A stretch of DNA of 63,943 nucleotides, counting the filler, from Circinaria calcarea (taxonomy: Eukaryota): NCBI GenBank assembly GCA_051942165.1. It is 46 parts of 46 records of this genome, joined end to end, with 100 filler letters (N's around TTAATTAATTAA, not from the genome) between each part and the next. Parts side by side here need not be neighbours in the genome. Positions count along the whole stretch, not along the records: positions 22,374 to 23,668 come from JAVECS010004955.1; positions 23,769 to 25,063 come from JAVECS010004956.1; positions 25,164 to 26,458 come from JAVECS010004957.1; positions 26,559 to 27,853 come from JAVECS010004958.1; positions 27,954 to 29,246 come from JAVECS010004959.1; positions 29,347 to 30,639 come from JAVECS010004960.1; positions 30,740 to 32,032 come from JAVECS010004961.1; positions 32,133 to 33,425 come from JAVECS010004962.1; 38 more parts are not named here. One strand, given 5' to 3'. The notes below the pieces were generated by a model. That model was given only the letters and a program-made list of their open reading frames with translations. It did not search any database and was not told the DNA's origin. Within the stretch, counting starts at the first letter, position 1. Each line of letters begins with the position of its first letter. This document shows, one piece after another, positions 23,523-34,577 of the stretch. A program made the position numbers and the translations under genes.

Positions 23523-24211
23523 TTTGTCACGGCTTCCATTACATGTACACCCCTTTAACCTACACGTACACCCCAAAAATCATAGTTGTACACCCCCCGG
23601 ATTAGGTAATAATCGTCGTCATGTTATATAGTGGCGCGTAGTATTATTATAGATATTTGCAATGTAATNNNNNNNNNNNNNNNNNNNNNNNNNNNNNNNN
23701 NNNNNNNNNNNNTTAATTAATTAANNNNNNNNNNNNNNNNNNNNNNNNNNNNNNNNNNNNNNNNNNNNGTTTAGGGTTCATGTATAGCCAAAAAGCCGGT
23801 ATTCGGTCTTACAAAGTACGTGGAAGTTAAAAGTTTGAGCTGGCTGGAGACGAACCCGGGGAAGGGGGGTGGAAGGTCAGGGGGGGAAAGCTATTAGGCT
23901 AAGAGCGAGCAATGGTTTCGAGGAATTTTGTTGGACTATGGAGAGGAGATTTATTTGCCTACATTCTCACATTGAATGATGGTAGATTCTCTTCAATCTT
24001 AGTAATCGACCACTCGACCTCGACTCATGAATTGGTGTGCGAGCGATCTAAGGATAACTGTTATTGGAGGGTAATTACAAATAATGCCGGGGAGACTGTG
24101 TCTTGCTAGCCTATCTTACAGTGCTCGTCGGGATATTTCCCAAGATTGGGATCCTCAAGAAGCTTCTTCCTGCCCACATTACTACCATCCGCACTCTACG
24201 CTGCCGTCCTG

Positions 24212-25063
24212 TCATAGCTGATCGTCAACCTCAACATCCACCTCCACAACCGGCACCACACCCGGCCCTTCACTAATATGCTCGTTCTGCTGAATGGGGT
24301 ACTCATCCCGGAAATCAACCACCGCGAGCATCGCGCCTACCTCGCCCATATCGTCTAAACGCCGTTTCTCCGACATGCCCACCGAACCGTATGAGTCACG
24401 ACTTGAGGAGAAGATAGGGTAAAGGAAGTAACTTCCCACGGCTGCAGCTGCTGCGGCTAAAGTTAGGAGAGCGGGTCCGAGTATGGACCCGTAGGCTGGA
24501 ATGTCAGATTCTCCTTTGCAGTGGAGGATAGGAGACTGGTAAAAAGAGCCGACTAAGGGTATGCTTGGAAGAGTGTAAGTTAATAATTTGGTAGATTTTG
24601 AGAGCAGGTTTGTTGACGGAGGCGTTTTCCAGGGTAGGAATGACTTCTCGGAAAAGGTAGCAATATGTTCGTAGGAACCTAGATCATCTCGGCCACTTCC
24701 ATTGTGCTCTGAATCTAATAGCGCGTCTTCTGGACGGACAGGACCACCGAAACATTTTTTAACACCGACATCCACGAATGCACATAACGACGGATATTTC
24801 TTCTTCATGGTCTCGGCCAACCAAGACTGCGGCATTGCAGGTATCACTGCCAATGCGAGATATCCCAGTGCTAGACAGTCCAAACTCGTCATCTGCTCAT
24901 CCCCGAGAAGGAGCTGCTTTTCCCCTAGTAACTCGCTCAACGGTCCAGACACAGAATCCATTAATGCCTCAAGGCGAAACTGCGCAGCATGGTGTGGTTG
25001 ACGTACAGCTGTCCCGACAGTCTGCCTTATGCTATTCCGCAACGATCGGGGTATCTGATCGGA
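24212..25063 (-). CDS. Metaxin/Sam37-like mitochondrial outer membrane protein, C-terminal part
   Basis: GST-C-like LSELLGEKQLLLGDEQMTSLDCLALGYLAL..WLAETMKKKYPSL and a C-terminal TM segment. Confidence 0.75.
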   Translation of the reverse strand, partial: SDQIPRSLRNSIRQTVGTAVRQPHHAAQFRLEALMDSVSGPLSELLGEKQLLLGDEQMTSLDCLALGYLALAVIPAMPQSWLAETMKKKYPSLCAFVDVGVKKCFGGPVRPEDALLDSEHNGSGRDDLGSYEHIATFSEKSFLPWKTPPSTNLLSKSTKLLTYTLPSIPLVGSFYQSPILHCKGESDIPAYGSILGPALLTLAAAAAAVGSYFLYPIFSSSRDSYGSVGMSEKRRLDDMGEVGAMLAVVDFRDEYPIQQNEHISEGPGVVPVVEVDVEVDDQL

Positions 25064-26017
25064 NNNNNNNNNNNNNNNNNNNNNNNNNNNNNNNNNNNNN
25101 NNNNNNNTTAATTAATTAANNNNNNNNNNNNNNNNNNNNNNNNNNNNNNNNNNNNNNNNNNNNCTAGAGGGCCACTGCATGTTTTCCCGAAAGTCAAAAC
25201 TCAGTCACCCCCCAACCCTTCTCACGCTCGTTTTGTTTTGTTAATCCTTACATACACCACGCACAGAAGTGGAAGTTGGAACTTTTATAAATTCGGAGAA
25301 AGGAAGAGGGATGAGGGAGGAGTGAGGAGTGAGGATCACCGGAAATTAAAAAAAGAAAGAAAAGGGGAACGGGGCGAAAAGAGGTAAAGGATTTTTTGCG
25401 TGTGCCTGACTGCCCGTGTATTTATTCTTTTTTAACCAAAAAAGACGGGGAAAGTAGGATGGAGGGGAGGGGGCGGGACATGAAGTCCGTAACTGTAACA
25501 GCTGCAGCCCACCACGGGGGAGGGGAGGGGGAAAGACGGATTATTAGCCTGGTGGTTAAAGGTTAAAAACTCTTATAATCCTGTATCCTGGGTCCTGGGG
25601 AACATTTGGACAATAAAGATGGCACAACTCACAGGATGGGAGTTTTGGTTTGGGCAGGGAAAAAAGGGGAATAGGTATTTTATAAAAGTGGAGGGTGAAG
25701 GGGAGATTTGGTTGGTGGTGGACCGTAATTGAGATGTAGAAGAAATTGCGGAGCGAGAAAAAAGCCGAGAGCGAGAGCCTTGCTAAGTGAATTATAGTCA
25801 GCTAGGTAGGGGGAATGAGTTGTAAATGTAAGCCCGACTACGGATGTAGTGAGAGTTCCACATGACTTCTTTCGAAACCAAGCATATCAGACCTCATGAA
25901 GAAAACATTCAAAGTTCATCGAGTGCCATAAAACTCATGCCCCCGGGTCCAACACCATCAGTGTTGTCTAGTCGTAGTGCTAGTATTTACATGGTAATAC
26001 ATCCATAGCTTCCAACG

Positions 26018-26458
26018 CTAATCCTCGGCACCCAAAAACTTGACGGTAGGACCATGCCATCTCTTCTTCCCAAACGTGAACCAATCTACCAGCGCGAATA
26101 TCAAAACCAGACCAAAAATGAGGCCCGAATAATTCATATTCGACCAAGTAACGGGCAGTATCGGTGGGAAAGGGAGAAAGATGATGATGAAAACTGCATA
26201 ACCGACAGCGAAGAGATTAACGGCAAGACCCCAGCGGCCTAATCTCCATGGTCCCCATTGAACCGGCTGTTTTTGGAACCTCTTGATTATAAGGAGGACG
26301 ATTGGAATAATGTAGGAAACATATAGGGCTAGGGTCGATAGTGAGATGATGGCGTTGAAAGCTGCGGTTGATCCAATGACGATCAAGCTGATGACCATGA
26401 CCATGCCTACTACAAGGCACAGTGCCCGCAAGGGAATCTTGCGCCGAGGGGATACCTG
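26018..26458 (-). CDS. APC-superfamily amino acid permease (GABA/choline type), C-terminal exon
   Basis: IGSTAAFNAIISLSTLALYVSYIIPI, WGPWRLGRWG, PVTWSNMNYS. Confidence 0.92.
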   Translation of the reverse strand, partial: QVSPRRKIPLRALCLVVGMVMVISLIVIGSTAAFNAIISLSTLALYVSYIIPIVLLIIKRFQKQPVQWGPWRLGRWGLAVNLFAVGYAVFIIIFLPFPPILPVTWSNMNYSGLIFGLVLIFALVDWFTFGKKRWHGPTVKFLGAED

Positions 26459-26881
26459 NNNNNNNNNNNNNNNNNNNNNNNNNNNNNNNNNNNNNNNNNN
26501 NNTTAATTAATTAANNNNNNNNNNNNNNNNNNNNNNNNNNNNNNNNNNNNNNNNNNNNGCACATTCTTCTTGCAAGGACATCATCTCGATAAGCAACTGC
26601 AAGGAATAGCGCCATATCTGAAGCTGCTTTCATAGACCTCTTTATTACTGGTTCCGATAGCACACCCGCCAAGGGGCAGTACGTCAGTTTCAGCAATTCA
26701 AAGGGCCTACCCGTGAGCTTCTGCAATGACACAGCCGAAACAGCACCGCCCATTAACTCTACATTCATCAACGAATACCAATCCAGTCCCGGGAACCCAC
26801 CGCCTTGATAAAAAGATTGAATCTGGAAGCCTGCTGTTACAGTTCCGTACTAGAATGACAGGCGCTCGTTCATGAGCTAGG

Positions 26882-27048
26882 CACGCGGATGATAGAAAAA
26901 ATGCGACAGCAAAATTCACCCCGCCGTAGGCACACCCACTAATTTACGCCTGAGGAGCCCTAGTGTTAGAAGGGGTACTAACAGATTTGGGGCCTATACT
27001 TAAGCAAGTAAATACGGTGGGCGTCGCATTTTTTCTGTCACCCGCGTG
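26882..27048. mobile_element. CAC-terminated MITE, 167 bp, 5-bp TSD CTAGG/CGAGG
   Basis: TIR CACGCGGATGATAGAAAAAATGCGAC ... GTCGCATTTTTTCTGTCACCCGCGTG. Confidence 0.85.
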
Positions 27049-27212
27049 CGAGGATAGCCGTACTATATGAATACTTTACTTTCATAGCGGGGATCTGATT
27101 GGATGCTTAGGAGTATATTAGTAATAAGCTGTACTAACGAATTACTCTCTTACAGCTACTCGCTGTACCATAGCGCTTCGCCTAACTCTTGCGGAGATCG
27201 CAGAAAAGAAAG

Positions 27213-27389
27213 CACGCGGGTGATAAGAAAAATCCGACACACAAACTTTATGACCGCTAATTAATCGCGTTAAAAGTTAGGCTACTACGTCCCTGTATCT
27301 GAAGAGTCATCACAAACTTTAGGCCCGATCTTAGGCGTGTCACTACGGCCACTAAGTTTGTGTGTCGGACTTTTTTTGTCACCCGCGTG
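27213..27389. mobile_element. CAC-terminated MITE, 177 bp, perfect 5-bp TSD GAAAG
   Basis: TIR CACGCGGGTGATAAGAAAAATCCGACACACAAACTT ... AAGTTTGTGTGTCGGACTTTTTTTGTCACCCGCGTG; GAAAG at 27208-27212 and 27390-27394. Confidence 0.9.
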
Positions 27390-27953
27390 GAAAGGGAACC
27401 TGAAGAAGCGCCTAGTACGACGCACTGTAACACGCAAGGGACGCGTTTTTTAAAGTTAGGGTGTAGGCACTTCCATACACGAGGAATTGTTTACTTATGC
27501 GGAATTTGGATGGCATAATCACAAGTCGCCGATTAACGCCGTATAAAGAGAAAACTGCCAGGGTGGCCCCCCAACTGTTGCGAAGCTGAAGGTTCGGACA
27601 GTACCTCGGCCAGTGAAGAGAAAGAAAATGCTATATCCCTTTCCCTACAGCACCGCAGGCGGCTTGTTCCAGATGACAATGAAGCATACGAGAAAGGCTC
27701 CCGGAGTGGTATCAGGAGTGGTATCGATTCAGACTAGAAACTCCTGTTTATAGGCAAGATGCCCGAAAGTTCTTAGCCCGGCTGTACAAAAGAAATATGT
27801 GGGATCAAAGTGCTAAGTTAGAGATGAAACATTATTGAAATAGTTTAATATCANNNNNNNNNNNNNNNNNNNNNNNNNNNNNNNNNNNNNNNNNNNNTTA
27901 ATTAATTAANNNNNNNNNNNNNNNNNNNNNNNNNNNNNNNNNNNNNNNNNNNN

Positions 27954-28554
27954 ACTTGCCCGTTATATGGCTAACCCAGATAACAGCCATTTCAAGGCTC
28001 TCCAACGAACCTGGTGCTATATACAGGGAACCAAGGATCTCGGCCTTACCTATAAATCCGATTCTACTACGCCTTTATTACGGGGATATGTCGACTCGGA
28101 TTGGGGGGGGAATGCAGGCACTCGCAGGTCAACTACAGGTTATATATTCCTTTTAGGGAATACAGCTATAACCTGGAAATCAAGGCTACAAAAGACAGTT
28201 GCTCTATCCTCCTGTGAAGCCGAATACATGGCGTTAAAAGACGCTATCAAGGAACAGACATGGTTAAGATCGACCTTTCAAAATGTACCGATCTTAACCA
28301 ACAGTCTCGCTAAAGATCTTTTTAGTGATAGCCAATCGGCTATTGCTCTAGCTAAAGATCCTGTCCATCACGAAAGGACAAAGCATATTGATATTCAATA
28401 TCATTTCGCTAGGGAATCAGTTATAGAAGGCCGAACCAACCTTCTATATATCCCTACAGATCAACAGCTCGCTGATGGTTTAACCAAAGCCATCTCTAAC
28501 GAGAAATGGACCTACTTTACTGATAATTTAGGTCTTCAACCTATTAAGCTATAA
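27954..28554 (+). CDS. Ty1/Copia pol C-terminus (end of RT plus RNase H)
   Basis: GYVDSDWGG, RRSTTGY, TVALSSCEAEYMA, SDSQSAIALAKDPVHHERTKHIDIQYHF, QLADGLTK. Confidence 0.97.
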
Positions 28555-28571
28555 TGTAGCTTATGGGGGTG

Positions 28572-28963
28572 TGTGGAAGTTAAGCTACATTTCAGCTTAC
28601 TAACATTCTCTTAACGTGAATCTTAACGATCACATTCGTTAAAACAGCAATCACGGTGGCAACAATGGTGGCAACGATGATGGCAATGCTGATAAATCAC
28701 AGTGGCCACGGTGGCGATATTCACGGTGGCAACACTGATAAATCACAGTGGCCACGGTGGCGATATCCACAGTGGCAACGGGAATAGTGGCGGTGGCCAC
28801 AGCTATAGTGGCGTTTTATTGCCACTGCTTTCCTTATATATAGCTGCTTCATTCACGCTCTTTAACGAGAAACATAGCTTAGAGACACTCTGGATGCGCT
28901 CTAATTACAACTCCTATTCAACCTTAAGATTCCTTACCTACTTCCCTGCCTGTTCTTTCAACA
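28572..28963 (+). mobile_element. 3' LTR of the Copia element (392 bp), preceded by PPT
   Basis: GGGGGTG PPT then TGTGGAA...TTCAACA; AT-rich RIP-type DNA begins right after 28963. Confidence 0.8.
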
Positions 28964-29346
28964 CTATTAAATATATTTTAACGATATTCTGATCTATAGC
29001 AAGATTTTGAAAAAATATAAAAAATACGTCCGGGCAGTATTACAAAAACTCCGAAAGACCGGTCTGCAAATAAATATTCTGAAATACGAGTTTCAGATCC
29101 AGGAAATCTTGTTTTTAAGATTAATAATGTCGACCGAAAAATTAAAAATGGACCCAATTAAGATTCGGGTTATTTTTGAATAAAAGATACCGAGAAATAT
29201 TATCGATGTATTATTTTTCATCGGCTTCTGCAATTTTTATAAACGANNNNNNNNNNNNNNNNNNNNNNNNNNNNNNNNNNNNNNNNNNNNTTAATTAATT
29301 AANNNNNNNNNNNNNNNNNNNNNNNNNNNNNNNNNNNNNNNNNNNN

Positions 29347-30259
29347 CTCTATCTAAAGACCGATTCCGTAACGCGTCCATCCACTTCCGCGGACCTGGCA
29401 TATCTGAATACTGGAACTCGGAAGCCGGACGATACGGAGTGCCGTTGAGCTGACTTTCGGCTTCGAGAATCGATTCGGGTTTTGGACGTGCTGTCAACCT
29501 TTTCACACGCATATTGACATCGATATTTCGGGGCTCCTTACGGTTCTTCCAATACCGGTTGCCTAGTAGTACAAACATTGGACGTATTCGTATATATATA
29601 TGTGTGATGCTTCGAAAGGGAGACAGAAGTCTGCAGACATAATGCCAGGACAGGTTGGCAGCACAGACTAGGCTAGAGATAGCCACTCTTCTAACAAGAC
29701 GAGCATTGACGTGGTGTTCGGGTACATAATGAGTGTGGTACGTACTCCGACCGCTAGATGGCCGGTGTATAGAGTTGTCGTATTCCAGGATCCCACCACG
29801 ATATGTGATTTCTCCTGGAAGAACATGAACTGTGTGACTGTGCCATCCACGATACAGCTCAAAGACATTCTCTGAGTACATAATCGAGAGTGTTTCTGCA
29901 TAAATGATTTGGCAGGTAGGCATGATCTGGTGGTGAATAACATCCTCGTCCTTCGGTCGACTGTGGAACTTATCATCGAGGCAAATGTAGAATAACAGCG
30001 GGGCGGGGGCATAGTGGCATCTGGAGGACCTCAGGAGTAATCTCCATATCATGTTCCTGATTTCTCCAGGAAGACGAAAGAGTGGGCAAGGTCCTTGGAA
30101 CTTCATCTTTAACGGAGGCTGATTAGCTCTAAGCTGACCTTCTTGATTCATCATCCTTCGTTTCGTACGCCTAGTCAAGGACATCCATGTAGGCTTTGGG
30201 AAGTCTGTTGACGAAGATGCACAATTCCTGCAAGCATTTTGTAACTCCTTCGTCAACAT
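29347..30259 (-). CDS. Hypothetical fungal protein with F-box-like motif, 3' truncated
   Basis: CPLFRLPGEIRNMIWRLLL and IMPTCQIIYAETLSIMYSENVF motifs. Confidence 0.7.
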
Positions 30260-30514
30260 AGTGCAAAATATGCGGTAGGCGTATCTAATAACGGTAGATC
30301 TCCGAAGTTCAAGACTAGATCAAAAGACGAAATATAGATGAGAATGAAAAGCAGGTAACACAAACGTTGGAGGGACGAAAGTTTGTTCTATTGTTTTCTC
30401 TCGCCATGGGTCCCGATGAGTGCCTTGGCAAAAAGAGGGCATGGTGCTAAACCGCATTAGGTGAATGGCATCTGGTCGGATTTCGATCCCAAAAATCAAT
30501 GGATCATTGTGCGA

Positions 30515-30639
30515 ATGAACGCATCCGAGATATTGGCTCGGCGGCGGCGCCTTACTGAGCAACTCTATCAGACTCCATATGATGCACGTCTATACCTCGA
30601 CCGGGCAATAAGTTACGAAGAACTCGGGTTCCCCGATCT
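30515..30639 (+). CDS. N-terminus of a TPR-like protein (possibly SET-domain family)
   Basis: PYDARLYLDRAISYEELGFPDL, truncated at the contig end. Confidence 0.45.
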
Positions 30640-30739
30640 NNNNNNNNNNNNNNNNNNNNNNNNNNNNNNNNNNNNNNNNNNNNTTAATTAATTAANNNNN
30701 NNNNNNNNNNNNNNNNNNNNNNNNNNNNNNNNNNNNNNN

Positions 30740-31891
30740 TCCCAGCCTCCCCTCCGCAGAAGAAGTCAAATCCGAAGTCATTGAAGCCACAAAATCTACC
30801 GTCTCAAGTCTACGCTCCCTTGCAGCAGGAGGGGTGGGAGGAGTATGTGCGGTAGTAGTGGGGCATCCGTTTGACTTGGTCAAGGTTAGACTACAGACGG
30901 CAGAGAAGGGAGTCTATACGGGAGCAATCGATGTGGTGAGGAGGACAGTTGCGAGGGAAGGCTTGACAAGGGTGGGTTTCTATCTGAGGTGGAATGGAGA
31001 CGTTCGAGGAAATGAATTGAATATGAGGGCTAATTGTCGTGATGGCTTGCAGGGTCTCTATGCAGGAGTTTCAGCACCGTTGGTCGGCGTGACGCCTATG
31101 TGTGAGTCCCGTCTCGATCCACTGTGCGCAACCTACCAGCTAAACCTCGCTCCACACAGTCGCCGTCAGCTTCTGGGTAAACCGGCCTTTCTCCCACCTC
31201 CTTGCCTAAACATTCACTCATACCATCCTCCTCCTAGGGCTACGACGTGGGCAAAAACCTCGTTCGCTCCTTCTCCCCTCATACATCCCCCTCCACCCCT
31301 TTCTCTATCGCCCAAATCTCAGCCGCCGGCTTCTTTTCCGCCATCCCCATGACCCTCATCACCGCTCCCTTCGAGCGCGTTAAAGTTCTCTTGCAAATTC
31401 AAGGCCAGAAAACCCTCGCGCCGGGTGAGAAACCCCGTTACTCGGGAGGGCTAGACGTGGTGCGGCAACTTTACGCTGAAGGCGGTATCCGCAGCGTATT
31501 TCGAGGGAGCGTCATGACACTTGCGCGTGATGGGCCTGGAAGCGCAGCATATTTTGCGACCTACGAATACGTCAAGCGAAAACTCGCACCCAAGGACGCA
31601 AACGGCAAACCGACCGGGGAATTAAGTCTCACCGCCATCATGACAGCAGGTGGCGCCGCTGGCGTGGCGATGTGGATCCCCGTTTTCCCAATCGATACGA
31701 TAAAGAGCCGGTTACAAAGCGCAGAGGGACGACCGACGATAGGAGGCGTGGTGAGGGGCGTATATGCGAGCGGTGGGCTCAAGGCCTTTTTCCCTGGAAT
31801 GGGCCCCGCAATGGCGAGGGCGGTGCCGGCGAACGCGGCGACGTTTCTGGGTGTGGAACTGGCGCATAAGTTTATGGATCGGATTTTTTAG
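30740..31891 (+). CDS. CRC1: Mitochondrial carnitine/acylcarnitine carrier, 5' truncated
   Basis: GHPFDLVKVRLQ, APFERVKVLLQ, PIDTIKSRLQ carrier motifs; introns 30972-31052, 31102-31159, 31177-31237 with a 17-nt micro-exon. Confidence 0.93.
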
Positions 31892-32132
31892 AAGCGTTAG
31901 ATGACGGAGCTGGGAGGGGAGGGAGGCAATAGACAAGATAGAGTGACCCGCCTTTGTGCATATGTATGTATGTATGAATGTATGAATTGAAATAGAATAC
32001 AGGCGATATGCATCCTTGCAATTGCATTTGCANNNNNNNNNNNNNNNNNNNNNNNNNNNNNNNNNNNNNNNNNNNNTTAATTAATTAANNNNNNNNNNNN
32101 NNNNNNNNNNNNNNNNNNNNNNNNNNNNNNNN

Positions 32133-32396
32133 TATCTCGATGTAGGGGTGGTCTAGCAGCTCGTAACGGAACTCTAGAGTTAGATTGAGCTCGTCGTTGT
32201 TAGGGTCCCATTCTTCGTCGGATTCGGTCAGCGTTCGCGGGCACCAGCATCCCGGTTTATAAAAGTGTAGAGCTGGCGCCATCTGGTGAGGTAGGGCCTC
32301 GCGCCATATCTGGATGCGTATCTCTGCGGGAAAGTTCGAGAAGTGAGGAAATATGGGAGATTGAGTTGTCGCTGTAACTGCAGTTAATGTCGCCAT
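32133..32396 (-). CDS. 2EXR-domain protein N-terminus
   Basis: FPHFSNFPAEIRIQIWREALP motif. Confidence 0.75.
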
Positions 32397-33525
32397 CGTT
32401 TTCGAATCATTTAATTATTGATGCTGGTAAAGGCGGGTGAGATTGAAGAATCACAGATAATGGTAAGATGTTTCTAATAAGTGATTTATGTGGTGTGGCC
32501 TGGTACCGTAGCTTGATATGATTCGACAACCTACTGCTCTAGCTGCCGTCCTGTCCAGTGCTATGTGGTGAAGGCACAGTATGTAATGTGTAGTAATAGC
32601 ATCAAACCAAGGCTGAAAAAATGTGACCTGATGTTTAGCATGTAGTTGGGGCGTCTCAGTGATTTTTGTTATGCTCAGAATGATAGGTAAGCGCGGAATA
32701 ATCGTGACACAGCCAATGCATACCCTGCACGGAAAGGGTCTCTGGCCTAGCCTTAACGTAGCTCCGTTGCACTGTTATATAACAGAGCTATGCTATGCTA
32801 GTAGATCTTTTCTGAACAATACCAGGGTGTAGATTTTATGCCAACATGGTAGGCCTGCCACCTGGTCCTTATAATACTAAGCTTGAGGTATCGGTGCCGG
32901 GCTCCCGTACATAATAATCTCTTACAGAATTCATCGAAACGCCTGTGCCAGACGCTAAGGCAAAGCCAGGCCGCGGTAATGTTATCAAACGAGCAACACC
33001 AACAGCGCAGGCGCTATTTCTCCCGAGTTTGAAACCTGAACTTCAGCTCGCGTGAGGATAGGTTGGTTGCATAGCAGTAGCCGCCCGTGTGAACACGGAT
33101 CGTCGTTGAAGTTCTCTACTTTGCGGCCTCGGCCAGCTCTTCTCTTTCCGTATCCGTCATTTTGAGTCAATGGCTATCGGGTCTTTTTGTGCCGGTTTCG
33201 TTGGCGCTCGGCGATTTCTATCAGGCACACGGGGCGGCCGGCCGGCCCTCCCCAGTGGCGCAGACGAAGATGAAGAAGCTGTTGAAGGGAATTTCGTCGG
33301 AGGTGAGTTTGGAGTCAATGATGGCGGGTCATTCCAAGTCGGAGGTGACTTTGGAGAAGGTCAGAGGCGTGCCTGAAAGGTTAAGGGAGAGACAGATTAT
33401 GGTAATTGCGTAAATGAAGATGGAANNNNNNNNNNNNNNNNNNNNNNNNNNNNNNNNNNNNNNNNNNNNTTAATTAATTAANNNNNNNNNNNNNNNNNNN
33501 NNNNNNNNNNNNNNNNNNNNNNNNN

Positions 33526-33836
33526 TCTGGGCTCGGAAGGCCGCTCAGGCAGGACTGGCAAAGGCCGAGTACGCCATGGGTTACTTTACCGAGGTTGGGA
33601 TTGGTGCTCCAGCTAACATCGAAGATGCCAAGAGATGGTACTGGCGGGCAGCTGGTAAGTTCTATAGTCACTTGCTACTTCTCTGTTGCGATTACTGACC
33701 TGGCCTAGCCCAAAACTACCCCAAAGCTCGGGAACGACTCGAGGATTTACGGAAAGGTGGCGCCAGGATGCAGAAATCCCGAGTCTCTCGGTCCGCGGTG
33801 AAGAAGGGATCGGATGGTGAATGCGCTGTTATGTAG
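33526..33836 (+). CDS. CHS4: Chitin synthase activator (Sel1-repeat, Chs4/Skt5-like), C-terminus with CaaX box
   Basis: WARKAAQAGLAKAEYAMGYFTEVGIG..AKRWYWRAA, intron 33655-33708, AQNYPKARERLEDL...ECAVM*. Confidence 0.85.
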
Positions 33837-34461
33837 GAAAGTTCCATTAACTTTCCTTGACATCTTTCTAGGGGTATCTCTTTTACACCGGGATCATGGG
33901 ATTCGTTTCATACATTGACTGGTCCTTGATTCCATCGAAGTGAAGAATGACACTTGGAGTTCTCATTAGGTACTAGGGGATATTGGAAAAATTATCTGCT
34001 TTGTAACTATAAATTCGGCGCGATCGGTTCTGAACAGGGCGTTTCCCGGAAACATGAGCCTCGAACATCACGCTTCGAGGAGTCTTGGTGGCGCAGAATC
34101 GGATTTCTAACAACGGGGAAATATTTAGTTACGATTTCGATGACACGAGCAAATGACTTTGCTTTCCCGTCAGTGCCCTTTATGTATGCCGAGCGACTTC
34201 GGTCAGAAAAGTAGTCGTAAATCCAAGCTGAAGCTAGTTGGTAACTTCAAGAGCAAATAAACAACGATTGCCTGGGCAGGTGATGAGACTACTGGATGAT
34301 TCTAGACAATGAAAACAACTACTGTAGCATGCGCTGAGAGGAACCAGCTCTCGGGCAAACCGCCATGAAGCTTGATCTCTTGAGACTCCACCTCGCCCTC
34401 CATGGCGGTCCAGGATGAAAGTGGGTGTCAAAAGGATGGATTACAGTACAGCCGAGAGAGT

Positions 34462-34577
34462 TGTAACCCTATGCAGAGAGGGACTATGCTATGGAGGGTA
34501 ACTTGGTTGATTGGTGGTTGCTAAGTCTAAGTGGTGGGGAAGACTAAATATGGGCAGGTGCTGACTAAGCTCCACAG
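34462..34577 (+). mobile_element. LTR-like terminal fragment (family B); inverted near-identical copy at 42747-42862
   Basis: TGTAACCCTATGCAGAGAGGGACTATGC... is the reverse complement of 42747-42862 with few mismatches; similarity stops exactly at TGTAA. Confidence 0.8.

Larger units (their letters stand above)
26840..27427. mobile_element. TA-flanked CAGT-ended MITE hosting two nested insertions
   Basis: TA|CAGT..CGTACTAG..GCGCT left end, AGCGCCTAGTACG..ACTG|TA right end; internal blocks CTAGGATAGCCGTA and CCTAAC.CTTGCGGAGATC shared with 45127-45584. Confidence 0.65.

Noticed and set aside
28650..28810. GGTGGCAAC/GGTGGCGAT repeats in the Copia LTR resembling the interior of the element at 22903-23522
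   Set aside because: Similarity is limited to short low-complexity units; common origin cannot be supported by eye
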